DNA from: Antedon mediterranea
Lineage: Eukaryota > Animalia > Echinodermata
Length of the DNA stretch: 64,000 nucleotides
Assembly: GCF_964355755.1 (NCBI RefSeq)
Contig: NC_092672.1
Location: 25,240,437 to 25,304,436 of the forward strand
Reading direction: 5' to 3'
The first letter of the stretch is position 1. Every line of letters starts with the position of its first letter. Positions 12,206 through 21,372 of the stretch are shown in pieces. A program made the translations under genes and the position numbers. The notes below the pieces were generated by a model. It ran no database searches. It was not told the origin of the DNA and was given only the letters and a program-made list of their open reading frames with translations.

Positions 12206-13068
12206 TGAAATGAATGATCTTCGGCCAGAGCACTTTCAGCCACTTTGCGGTTATGCACGTGCATTCTGGCTCCAGCGCATATTGCGTAGACAGACACGAT
12301 CGCTACTAAAAACGCTGTACAACAGGTAATCAATTCTAGTGTACAATCACAGTCGTCTTCGTGTACAGTACTGGAGCAGCCTAACGACATCCATCGGTCC
12401 CAGTCCAATAGTTTGGTGGCGTTTCTGATGAGTTCCAGTCGAACACACTCTACACGCTCGACGAGCGTAGATCTAGACACTGTCATCGAGCCATACAGTC
12501 GATTCAACACAACAGAGCCACCGACGATCGAGTTTAAACTCACGTTGTGTACCCGCAACGTTTCTTCAGACAACAGCGGTGATACGTGAACGAGTATGGG
12601 CGGTGGCGCTGAATCGATATTCATTACATCATCATCATCACCACCACCACCACCACCACCGTGTACACCGAGACGCTCCAATGTAACGTTGTACACGCGT
12701 CCGACTCCTGTGAGACGCAGCGCAGACGACGAACGCGACCAGTTGTTGCATTTAAACGAAAAGTCTTGTACGTGAACGTGATCACCGATCAAAAACGACG
12801 TGCAATCATTCGCTGTCACTATGATGCCTTTACCGCACAACGGTCGCACAGTCACGTTCGATACAAACACTTCATCATAACTAATACTCTCGAGACTAGA
12901 GGAAATGCACGAGGAAACGTTTAACGCGTCGTCTGGAATAACAACGTACGTATCGTGTGCATCGTTTCTATAATTTATGTCTTTCAGGTAACCAACCTGC
13001 GACGACGTACATAATGACTTGTTTGCAATAAACAGAAATAGAATCAGAATTATTTGTTTTTTATTCAT
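12193..13068 (-). CDS. Type I membrane glycoprotein (candidate envelope protein)
   Basis: Signal peptide MNKKQIILILFLFIA, several NxS/T sequons, C-terminal TM segment LITCCTAFLVAIVSVYAICAG. Confidence 0.75.
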   Translation of the reverse strand: MNKKQIILILFLFIANKSLCTSSQVGYLKDINYRNDAHDTYVVIPDDALNVSSCISSSLESISYDEVFVSNVTVRPLCGKGIIVTANDCTSFLIGDHVHVQDFSFKCNNWSRSSSALRLTGVGRVYNVTLERLGVHGGGGGGGDDDDVMNIDSAPPPILVHVSPLLSEETLRVHNVSLNSIVGGSVVLNRLYGSMTVSRSTLVERVECVRLELIRNATKLLDWDRWMSLGCSSTVHEDDCDCTLELITCCTAFLVAIVSVYAICAGARMHVHNRKVAESALAEDHSFHQSK

Positions 13069-13916
13069 TTCGTTTCTATAACAAATTTAAAGTCGTCGAC
13101 TGCAGCCAGTTCGTCTTCGCTAAAATTACAATTTCTCAACACTAACGTCACATGCTCCTTGTCAAACACACTTGACAATTGTATCGGAGATACGTCCATA
13201 CATTCGATACACACCGTCATCGGATAAGCGCTCGGCCGCATATCATTACCAAACGTCAGCCTGTTGCACCTTACAAGTCGAACGTCTTTCAAACCTCCTC
13301 CTCCTCCTCCTCCTCCTGCACCTCCTACATTTGTCATCAACGTAGATAAAAAACTGTCGACGATCGGCACATCTATCAAAGTTAAACGTTGCAGAGATTG
13401 TATGCAGAGTACACTTTCAGCAAACGTTCTTCCCATCGTGGCACGTTGTCGTTCGCGTATTGCCGCGATCAAAATCTCGTCTGGATCGTGCTCGACTGCT
13501 TCACTCACAAAACGTACAATAGACCGCAAATCCATTTTCTGATCCTCTACGTTGTTGTGCATACGTTGCAAAATCTGAGCAATACACTTGCGTCTTCGAC
13601 TCGCGCAAGTGCATTCGTTACAATATTTCCTGTCAATACGTACTACAGTCACGACGCATTTCTGACACGAAGACACCTTGCAATTTGCGCATCTATACAT
13701 CATTTTACATGTATCGCATGCTTTTGCGCCGCAGTGTATACAATTCTGTAGCAAGAATCGAGTGCACTTTCGACAACGATCCGTTTTCTCATCACCGTAT
13801 ATCAAGTCGTTCCAAACTTTTGAAATATTCGACGTACACAGTCGGCGTGTCGGATCATCTTTTAGACAATCGCGTATACTCAGGCATACCTCTAACGGTA
13901 CCTTGATCATTGTCAT
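13065..13916 (-). CDS. F-box-like plus Cys-rich zinc-binding region plus LRR-like C-terminus
   Basis: KVPLEVCLSIRDCL...NISKVWNDLI fits an F-box; multiple CxxC; LQRLTLIDV, LKDVRLVRCNRL and LVLRNCNF are LRR-like. Confidence 0.6.
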   Translation of the reverse strand: MTMIKVPLEVCLSIRDCLKDDPTRRLCTSNISKVWNDLIYGDEKTDRCRKCTRFLLQNCIHCGAKACDTCKMMYRCANCKVSSCQKCVVTVVRIDRKYCNECTCASRRRKCIAQILQRMHNNVEDQKMDLRSIVRFVSEAVEHDPDEILIAAIRERQRATMGRTFAESVLCIQSLQRLTLIDVPIVDSFLSTLMTNVGGAGGGGGGGGLKDVRLVRCNRLTFGNDMRPSAYPMTVCIECMDVSPIQLSSVFDKEHVTLVLRNCNFSEDELAAVDDFKFVIETK

Positions 13917-14122
13917 GTCGCGTGGACGCGTTGAAAACACGTTTATAACATCAACACAACGATATCATCACTTTTACGCACACATTAAAAAAACAAACAA
14001 CAAATTAACGTTTCGATTCTTTATTATCATCATCTCAGAAACAAAAATTTAATGCTAGTACGTACTGCGCATATATAAACGAAATAAATTCATAACATTT
14101 TTTTATTTATTTATTTTTTTTT

Positions 14123-15049
14123 TCAAATCTCAATATCCCATAGAATGTTCAACAGTGCTTCACTGCAGTCTCTGAAATAATAACTCAAATGATCATGTTC
14201 TGCACTGGCCATTTTCATATCTAAGCACACGTCATAACAATCTCGGACGTCTTCGTAACTGTTTGCTGCCAACAATTTGTGTTTAAGCATACAAATGTCC
14301 GTTCTGATAGCGCTGTAGCCGCCGTCGTAAGCTTCTCTCTCTACTGATACTGACTGAGCATTGTAACTGACGAGGGCATTCTGAATAAAGTTCATCAAGT
14401 CTCCCACGTACATTGACTGTCGAAGACTTATCACTTCTCCAAACGTTGATGCCTTGTTGTACTCTGGATACTGATACACGCCTAAACATATGTTGAGCAA
14501 CGTGTCCAATTCGTAGCCTACCAAACCAAACATTTTTGTATCGTTCGGGAACATCGATCGTGCTTCCTGCAACAGTCGCACACATCTCGTCAACTTTGAC
14601 AACGAGTTGCAATTGTTCAGCTTAGCGTGAAGATTGTTCACGTACACGTACAAATCTGACATTATCGGTAACGGTTGAGTATACGGGTAGTTGTAGTCGA
14701 TATTGCAGTACTTGAACGCAGTTGATAGCCAATTTCGTATATCTTCTTTACTCATTTTCTTTCGTTCATCAATTTTTCTATGAAACATATCTTCGAAATT
14801 ATCTATAGGATATTGGACGGAATAACTATCGATTATAACGTTCCTGTTCTTCATGATCGGGTCGTAGTCGTCGAGTATACGCATGCTATCTTCACATCGC
14901 ATTTCTAGTCTACGCGACGTCGGATTTATGTTCCACTGAAGCATTATACGCTCTTTTGCATCGCCGTACGTAAGTGCATGGTCTTCGATGTACCACGTTG
15001 AATCGTTGTTAAATCTGTAAGCAAATCTATGGTCATCGTTTGACATCAT
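14123..15049 (-). CDS. Protein with an N-terminal DWNN (RBBP6-type ubiquitin-like) domain
   Basis: FAYRF...LTYGDAKERIM...LEMRCEDSMRILDDYDPIMKNRNVII parallels DWNN HYKF...ISLCDLKKQIM...DDNALIPKNSSVIV. Confidence 0.65.
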   Translation of the reverse strand: MMSNDDHRFAYRFNNDSTWYIEDHALTYGDAKERIMLQWNINPTSRRLEMRCEDSMRILDDYDPIMKNRNVIIDSYSVQYPIDNFEDMFHRKIDERKKMSKEDIRNWLSTAFKYCNIDYNYPYTQPLPIMSDLYVYVNNLHAKLNNCNSLSKLTRCVRLLQEARSMFPNDTKMFGLVGYELDTLLNICLGVYQYPEYNKASTFGEVISLRQSMYVGDLMNFIQNALVSYNAQSVSVEREAYDGGYSAIRTDICMLKHKLLAANSYEDVRDCYDVCLDMKMASAEHDHLSYYFRDCSEALLNILWDIEI

Positions 15050-15152
15050 CGTGAATGAAAATGAAAATATGGAATCGTAATCAGTTCCTTTTAACCATTA
15101 ACAAGACACATACAGAGAGAGAGAGAGAGAGAGAGAGACGCACAGCGCGACG

Positions 15153-16190
15153 ATGACAAAGGCTCTCAACTTCAACACCGATTGGTTTATTGTAGGCAAC
15201 GAGAATGCGACGGGTGGTGTTGGTGAAACACTACGAGATGAATTTAATAATACCGATTGGACGAGTTGGAAGGTGATGAAGACGGATGATGAAGCAGCAG
15301 CAGCAGCAGCAGCAACACGTCTACCCGTTCTACAACATTCAAAATCAAATAAACGAATACAGCTTAACAAAATGACGGTACAAGGCAGACGATTACTCCA
15401 ACCGCACGTACATCCCAATCAATGGATATTAATAGATGTTGACACTTTGATATGTTACCACGATGAAGACAGAACGACGTTTCTCACTACACATCGTTTA
15501 CCTGCAAGCGCGTACACGCAGCTGTCGTGTAACAATCCTGATCGGATACGCTTCGGTCATGCATCGATCGCGGCCCGGAAATGCTGGAAACAAAACACAA
15601 AGATTCCGTACGCGGCTATCCCGATTCGATACATGGATCGCGACACCACGTTCGATATACGCGATGCGAGTACACTCTTCTACAAGGTTCTCTTGACCGA
15701 CAGTCCACAATACAAATCTCCAGAATCGTATTACAGAGCGTTGGTGCAACGTGATAAACAGCCACCGTGGACTGTCGAAGTCAGACAATACATACTGAAC
15801 ATACCGCTTCCTCCTCCCGCGCCAGATATCGAATACTTCGAAGCCATCATGCGCTCAGTTGATTTCAGAACGAGCGTTAGAAACAAACGATTACCGTTAC
15901 AATCCGGTGAATCGGCCTCTTTTTTGCGCGCCGAGCCCATTGTAATAGATAAACACGGTGACAAGTTTGCTCTTCGACCGGCCGACGTCATGACGCCCAC
16001 CGCATATCGTGAATTCTACTCACAAGTTGGATGGACTAACGCGCACGACTTTGAAAAATGTATACAGTCCGTTTACAGATTCATGCATTGTCCCGTTGTC
16101 AGAAGAAATCTGTCGAACGGAGAAGTTGAATTCACGATTCTCATTCCTCTGCCGCCGCCTTCTCCTCGTTCTCCCTCCTCTGTGTCATGA
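15153..16190 (+). CDS. Hypothetical protein, 345 aa
   Basis: Long ATG-initiated ORF in a compact gene block; no recognised motif. Confidence 0.75.
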   Translation: MTKALNFNTDWFIVGNENATGGVGETLRDEFNNTDWTSWKVMKTDDEAAAAAAATRLPVLQHSKSNKRIQLNKMTVQGRRLLQPHVHPNQWILIDVDTLICYHDEDRTTFLTTHRLPASAYTQLSCNNPDRIRFGHASIAARKCWKQNTKIPYAAIPIRYMDRDTTFDIRDASTLFYKVLLTDSPQYKSPESYYRALVQRDKQPPWTVEVRQYILNIPLPPPAPDIEYFEAIMRSVDFRTSVRNKRLPLQSGESASFLRAEPIVIDKHGDKFALRPADVMTPTAYREFYSQVGWTNAHDFEKCIQSVYRFMHCPVVRRNLSNGEVEFTILIPLPPPSPRSPSSVS

Positions 16191-16244
16191 TGATGAGCAC
16201 ATGAACGTATTTCGCGCACGAAACGACACAGCAGCACAGAGACG

Positions 16245-17270
16245 ATGAAAGAGTACACTGTTTGTTCGTTGATCACAACATGTTTCGCTACGTCTATTGT
16301 AATCGACGTACTGTTACAGACAAACGTTCATCCGATAATCGATTGGCACGCCATCTTTCTACCCGTTTGCCTCTACGCCATATTCGTACACGCTGCATCG
16401 ACAACAAAACTCATATCGGCGTTTCGATTGAGCATGTGCGCGGCTGCAAACATATCGTTTCTGTCCAATATGAAATTTCTGATCGGACCGTGCGGTGTAT
16501 CCTATCGAGATCCGATGCAAGAGTGCGGTGCTCACGGAACTGATGCACGTTGTCATCGTGCCATGACGGACGCTCTTCGATGGCAAGCCGATCAACGACG
16601 TTGTCCCATGGTAGAGTTGGGGACAGCTGCCGGTTCCATTTACTACACTGTACAAATGTTGCTTGTCTATCTGCCCACCGGTATTCTGCCGGTAATGCTA
16701 CACATAACCGATCGTTCAAAAGGAAATCAAGTTCTAGACTGCTGGACGTGGTACATGTTCGTTGGACTGCCTATAGTCGTTGCCACGCTACTGGTGGACG
16801 TTCTAGCCGGAGCCGTTGTATATCCACTTTGTTCTGAGCACGTAGTGTACGCGTTCCTGTCTGCCGCCATGATGTCCAGATACTCATCGTTGGAACGCAT
16901 ATGGGAGGCGGTTTCATTGACGTCGGTGGCTATGACAATCCTGGATCTGATACGCAACGTTTTTATCTATAAACTCGGTCCATGTATGTTTGACGGTCGT
17001 GAACTGTTCAAATGTGATGAGCTCGATAGCTGCTATCAGAATCTACTCGATTTGAGCGCACACAAACTAGATTCATCAGACTGTCCGATCAACAAAGTAG
17101 GTCGACACTGGGCATTCGCTCTCATGATTTTGCATCTGATCAGATTCTTCACCATAGTCTTTATTCAATGCTTTATGCTGATGCATAAACGTCATTTTCT
17201 GAGAAAAGGCGATGCCGATGGAGAGGAGGATGATGAAGATGTTCTGTTCACTAAAGAACGGAAAGTTTGA
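16245..17270 (+). CDS. Multi-pass membrane protein with an internal two-fold duplication
   Basis: About 6 TM segments; repeated Cys loops LIGPC...C...C...RCPMVELG and KLGPC...C...C...DCPINKVG. Confidence 0.78.
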   Translation: MKEYTVCSLITTCFATSIVIDVLLQTNVHPIIDWHAIFLPVCLYAIFVHAASTTKLISAFRLSMCAAANISFLSNMKFLIGPCGVSYRDPMQECGAHGTDARCHRAMTDALRWQADQRRCPMVELGTAAGSIYYTVQMLLVYLPTGILPVMLHITDRSKGNQVLDCWTWYMFVGLPIVVATLLVDVLAGAVVYPLCSEHVVYAFLSAAMMSRYSSLERIWEAVSLTSVAMTILDLIRNVFIYKLGPCMFDGRELFKCDELDSCYQNLLDLSAHKLDSSDCPINKVGRHWAFALMILHLIRFFTIVFIQCFMLMHKRHFLRKGDADGEEDDEDVLFTKERKV

Positions 17271-17339
17271 TGATACGACAAAGGCAAATACAAAAAAAAA
17301 AATGTCTTTACATTGCGTGTTTTTTTTTTGTTTCTATTT

Positions 17340-18486
17340 GGGTCGCGTCACCACGAAGGGAGCTTTGTGTCGCAAAAGCTATATTGCTATAATTAGCTGA
17401 CGCTTTAAATGCTGGCCTTCTTGCTATTGCTGACGATACGGCCCTGTTCATCGACTAGCTAGGCTTACATACATTCAGGATTTTTTTTTTTTTTTACTCG
17501 GTGAGGGGCTGAAGAAAATGGGGTAAGTGAAAATGAGGATGAGGATGAGGATACTAAAGACTGGATGGGAGATAGACGAAGATTCTGACGGCGAGGATAG
17601 TTATTGAAAACGAAGAAGAATGTGTAAGAATTTGTATAGGCCTAATCATGATCTAAGAGTAGAAGTGAGTTATGTTAACAGATTGTGTGCTCAAAATAAT
17701 CCATTAATCAACATAATTATGCAATTTTTAATGGTTGATTTTATATATGAAGATGATAATAAAATTGAAAGAAATTAAAGTGTAATCTTTATTCGTATTC
17801 ATTTATTTTCATTTCATTTATTCCACATTTATTTAGTCATCAACTACAGTACATCATAATTACAGTACAACTGAGAACAGGGATCCTGCATAAAAAAGCT
17901 ATAGCTTCGTTTTTTTGTAGGACCCTTTTACATAAGAACAAGTATATAGAACTTAAATAAACAAAGGTGTTGTTAATCAGCATATAGTGATAAAAAGTAT
18001 TTTTTAACCTGTTTTTTTATACATTTATTTTGTTTCTTTAAGATAACCGGTTTATTACCACCATTACAAGTGAATTCTTTCCACAATTTTGGTCCATATA
18101 TGTGTATAAACTGTTGACTGCAAGTTAGTCTTGTGAAGGGAATTTCGAATTCAGTTTCTGTTCTGAGGTTATGAGTAGGCCTAATACTGTCACAGTAATT
18201 AAGAATATTTAAAATGTGATGTGGTAATTCATTGAATTCATTGTTTAAGTGTGTAAAATTTAATGTAGATCCATTAATAATGACTAATGGTATTCAAGGC
18301 GAATGTGTTGTGGATATTGAATAGAACCAAAGTACCGGTAATTGTCCACTGAACTTCAAAGGCTGTTTTCTAATTGTTGATAATCTATTGAATTCGGAAG
18401 TAATCTATTGAATTCGGGTCGTATCTTAATTGCCTTGAAAGAAATTATAATTTCAACACAAGGCTCCGTTTGTTATGACACGAGCC
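17340..18486. mobile_element. Non-autonomous TIR transposon with a 4-bp ATTT TSD (Sola-like)
   Basis: Left end GGGTCGCGTCACCACGAAGGGAGCTTTGTGT is an imperfect inverse of the right end ACACAAGGCTCCGTTTGTTATGACACGAGCC; ATTT at 17336-17339 and 18487-18490. Confidence 0.7.
17804..18235 (-). mobile_element. 5'-truncated CR1/L2-type LINE 3' end nested in the MITE
   Basis: Minus strand reads HNLRTETEFEIPFTRLTCSQQFIHIYGPKLWKE, with a 3' hairpin and an (AAATG)n tail; ATTCATT duplicated at 17797 and 18236; empty site at ~58645. Confidence 0.75.
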
Positions 18487-18606
18487 ATTTATTCTTCAGC
18501 CTTTGAATCAAATTACATGTATTATTATTATTATATATTTTTTAAAAAAAGTATGAAGATTAAAAGTTATCGTTAATGTACAGCGTCGAGTGCACATGCG
18601 TGCGTG

Positions 18607-19179
18607 ATGTTGAAGCTAAGAGGATTGATTTTCGACGTATTTATTGTTTTATTCGTTGTAAGTGTTCCATGGAATTGGTTATTATTGTACAGAGAGAGAG
18701 TGGCGGTTAATCGGGCCGAGATGACACAGCTTGTCAACAAATGTGAAAAGCAACAGAGACGAATCACAGAGAATGCTGATACGATGAATGTGTTTGTGTC
18801 GTGGTTGCGAACAAATATCTTTATAGAAGAAAGAGACGAATGTACCGAATATCACAGAAACTATGTAGTACATCCGATCCTGTCCGTTTCGCCGGTTGAA
18901 GCGTTTGCCAAGACCGTTTCTAGCTTGATAGAAATTCCTGCTCGGGCACTTGGAAAGGCAATGTCTGACTTTAACTTGAATTTCATAGGCAGAATTCCAA
19001 TTTCAATCTGGATTCCTGCCCTATTAACATGGTCTTCTATGCTCATAGCTACAGTTACGTTCGTCTATTTACTCTGTCTAAAGTACAGTCGTCCAAACAC
19101 CGTATTCGTTACTGCACTGTCCACGAAGAAATGTTGGTCGTCGCGAAACGGTAAACATCGGTTAAAAGTAAACTCGTAA
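18607..19179 (+). CDS. CLCC1: Chloride channel CLIC-like 1 (CLCC1/MCLC) homolog, minimal viral form
   Basis: SVPWNWLLLY...KC...WLR...DECTEYH...VHPILSVSPVEAF...PARALGKAMSDF matches CLCC1 SFLWNWMYLY...WFR...DPCQKYY...VNPIWLVPPTKAL...EPLKHIGKG. Confidence 0.85.
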   Translation: MLKLRGLIFDVFIVLFVVSVPWNWLLLYRERVAVNRAEMTQLVNKCEKQQRRITENADTMNVFVSWLRTNIFIEERDECTEYHRNYVVHPILSVSPVEAFAKTVSSLIEIPARALGKAMSDFNLNFIGRIPISIWIPALLTWSSMLIATVTFVYLLCLKYSRPNTVFVTALSTKKCWSSRNGKHRLKVNS

Positions 19180-19606
19180 AGCTTTGTCACTCTGAAACGT
19201 TGAATACTTTTCACACCACACCCACCACTATCAAGAAGTGTTTTGTGTATACACACACACGATATTAAAGTCTAATTTTTTTTTTTTTTATAAACTATTA
19301 TTTTACCATGCACAAATAATATAGTATTCTCTGGATAATAAGTTCTCGAGCCGTGAAGAAACGGTACAAATATGTAATGCTCGCTTTCTACACTATACCG
19401 TTTCGATTTTATCAAGAAGCGAACAATATTATTTGTATACACACACTCACACACACGTACACAAGATAGTAAACTTGTTTACTCTTCTGACTTTTTGTGT
19501 GATTGCGCCCTCTGTATATTTTTTATTATTTACCCATACACAAATGATTTTCACGGCTCCCATGATAATGAACAAGTCAGGCACCCTCAGTGTAAGCAGA
19601 TAACGT

Positions 19607-20408
19607 CAAAGAATATTATATCACAAGAATGAGAAATCCGTGATTTTCCATGTAACAGTAATTTGTCCATGTGGTAGGGGGCCGCCATAAGTGAGGATGT
19701 ATCTGGGATGTATACAACTTTTCATGATAAAAAAATGTTATCAACTAGATGCCAACATTATGTTAAATGCTATTTGGATATTTAATTGTTCGTTTTATGC
19801 AATTTATTTAGTAAAAACTGCCGTATAAACAGTTTGCTTTATCAACCGGGCGCTACGATAGCGTGACCGGGCGTGTTGGTGTTTACGCGTTTTCACGAAG
19901 GATAGTTTAATAATATTCCTATATTTAACTTGTTTCTGGTAAAACAAATACATGTTAATGACATTTAACATTTTATCCTATTAATAACATGTATTTTATA
20001 CTAATTTGTATCATAAAAACAATACTTAATTTACCGGGCGTAGAGTACTACGCGGCAATGATAAGAATAGACCGTGCTGAGTAAGGATTCGTTGATTTTT
20101 GGTGTTGCTGTGTTAGGCCTTTTTTTGTGAACGAATTTAGCATGTTAGTAAATAATTGTCTGTAAATAAAGTGAATGTACACTAGTTTTTTTAATAAATA
20201 TGTATTATAAAATATATTACAATTGCAAAATATATTATCATAATTCTATTTAATGTGACATGTATAATACGGTATCTATTAAATCAAGTCTTATTTAGTA
20301 TGTATACATCCGCCCTTATGAGGGCGGACATCACTCTCTGGAGCTCTCTGTTACAAATATCTCATGAAAAAATCGCGGAATACTCATTCTTGTGATATAT
20401 ATTCTTTG
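19607..20408. mobile_element. P-element-superfamily-like MITE, 802 bp
   Basis: TIR CAAAGAATATTATATCACAAGAATGAG / CTCATTCTTGTGATATATATTCTTTG; perfect 7-bp TSD ATAACGT at 19600-19606 and 20409-20415. Confidence 0.85.
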
Positions 20409-21372
20409 ATAACGTTTACTGAACCGCGCGGAAGATTTTTTTCGAGCGGGCGGTATCAAACAATCATTTATTTAATGTGTTTTCAATAGTTAAAAGATAA
20501 CACTTATTTTATGTAAAATATTATTACGCCCTTAATGTATTACTTTTTAGCTATATCTATTTTAAAATGTAATATTGATTATAACGTGGAATACATTTGC
20601 ACTTTGGTGCAATTGTATTCGACAATTAAAGTTTATATGTAACCGGTTTTCTGTGCATGTCTTCGAATAGAGTTTTTATCCGCATTCAGTAGTCGTCCTA
20701 AATTCTGCACACAGGATGACAGAGCCATGAACACACACACACACGCACGCGCACACGCACCCACACACAAGAAATGAATAAATAAAAAGAAACAAACGTG
20801 ATGTAACTTTTTAAAATTTTTTTATTTGTTAAAACGATTTCCGAGTTAACGACATTTAAATTCATAAACAATAAATACAGTACAATAATATATTGAAATT
20901 CTATCAATAAATAAAACATTAAACAAACTGAAATTTCAGTCAACCGTGATGCTGTATGTACATAACAATATGCACCACTAGCAGCAGATATTACAAAAGT
21001 ATGGATTCACGTACAACGAACTAGGTTAAAATCCACAAACAAATATATTATACATATGTATATTTTTCCTGCTTTATAACTAACCATTTCTGCTTTGTAC
21101 CCCAAAGCGTTTGGAAGTGTGCCTTTATAACTATGCCTTTTCATATTTGATGATTTTCTTCACCTGATGATCGGCTATGCCCGAAACATAAACTTATATA
21201 TTGAGGCAGTTTTAACTGATTTGATCTTGATTTTTTTTTCTATGTCCTGCCTATGATTTAGGTCTATAGGCCTATATATATTTAGTTAAAAATTTATACT
21301 TGTACAACTAATGATGAAAGGTATTATTTAATTAAACCAACAAAAGACAAATTATTGACAATGAAACTATTT

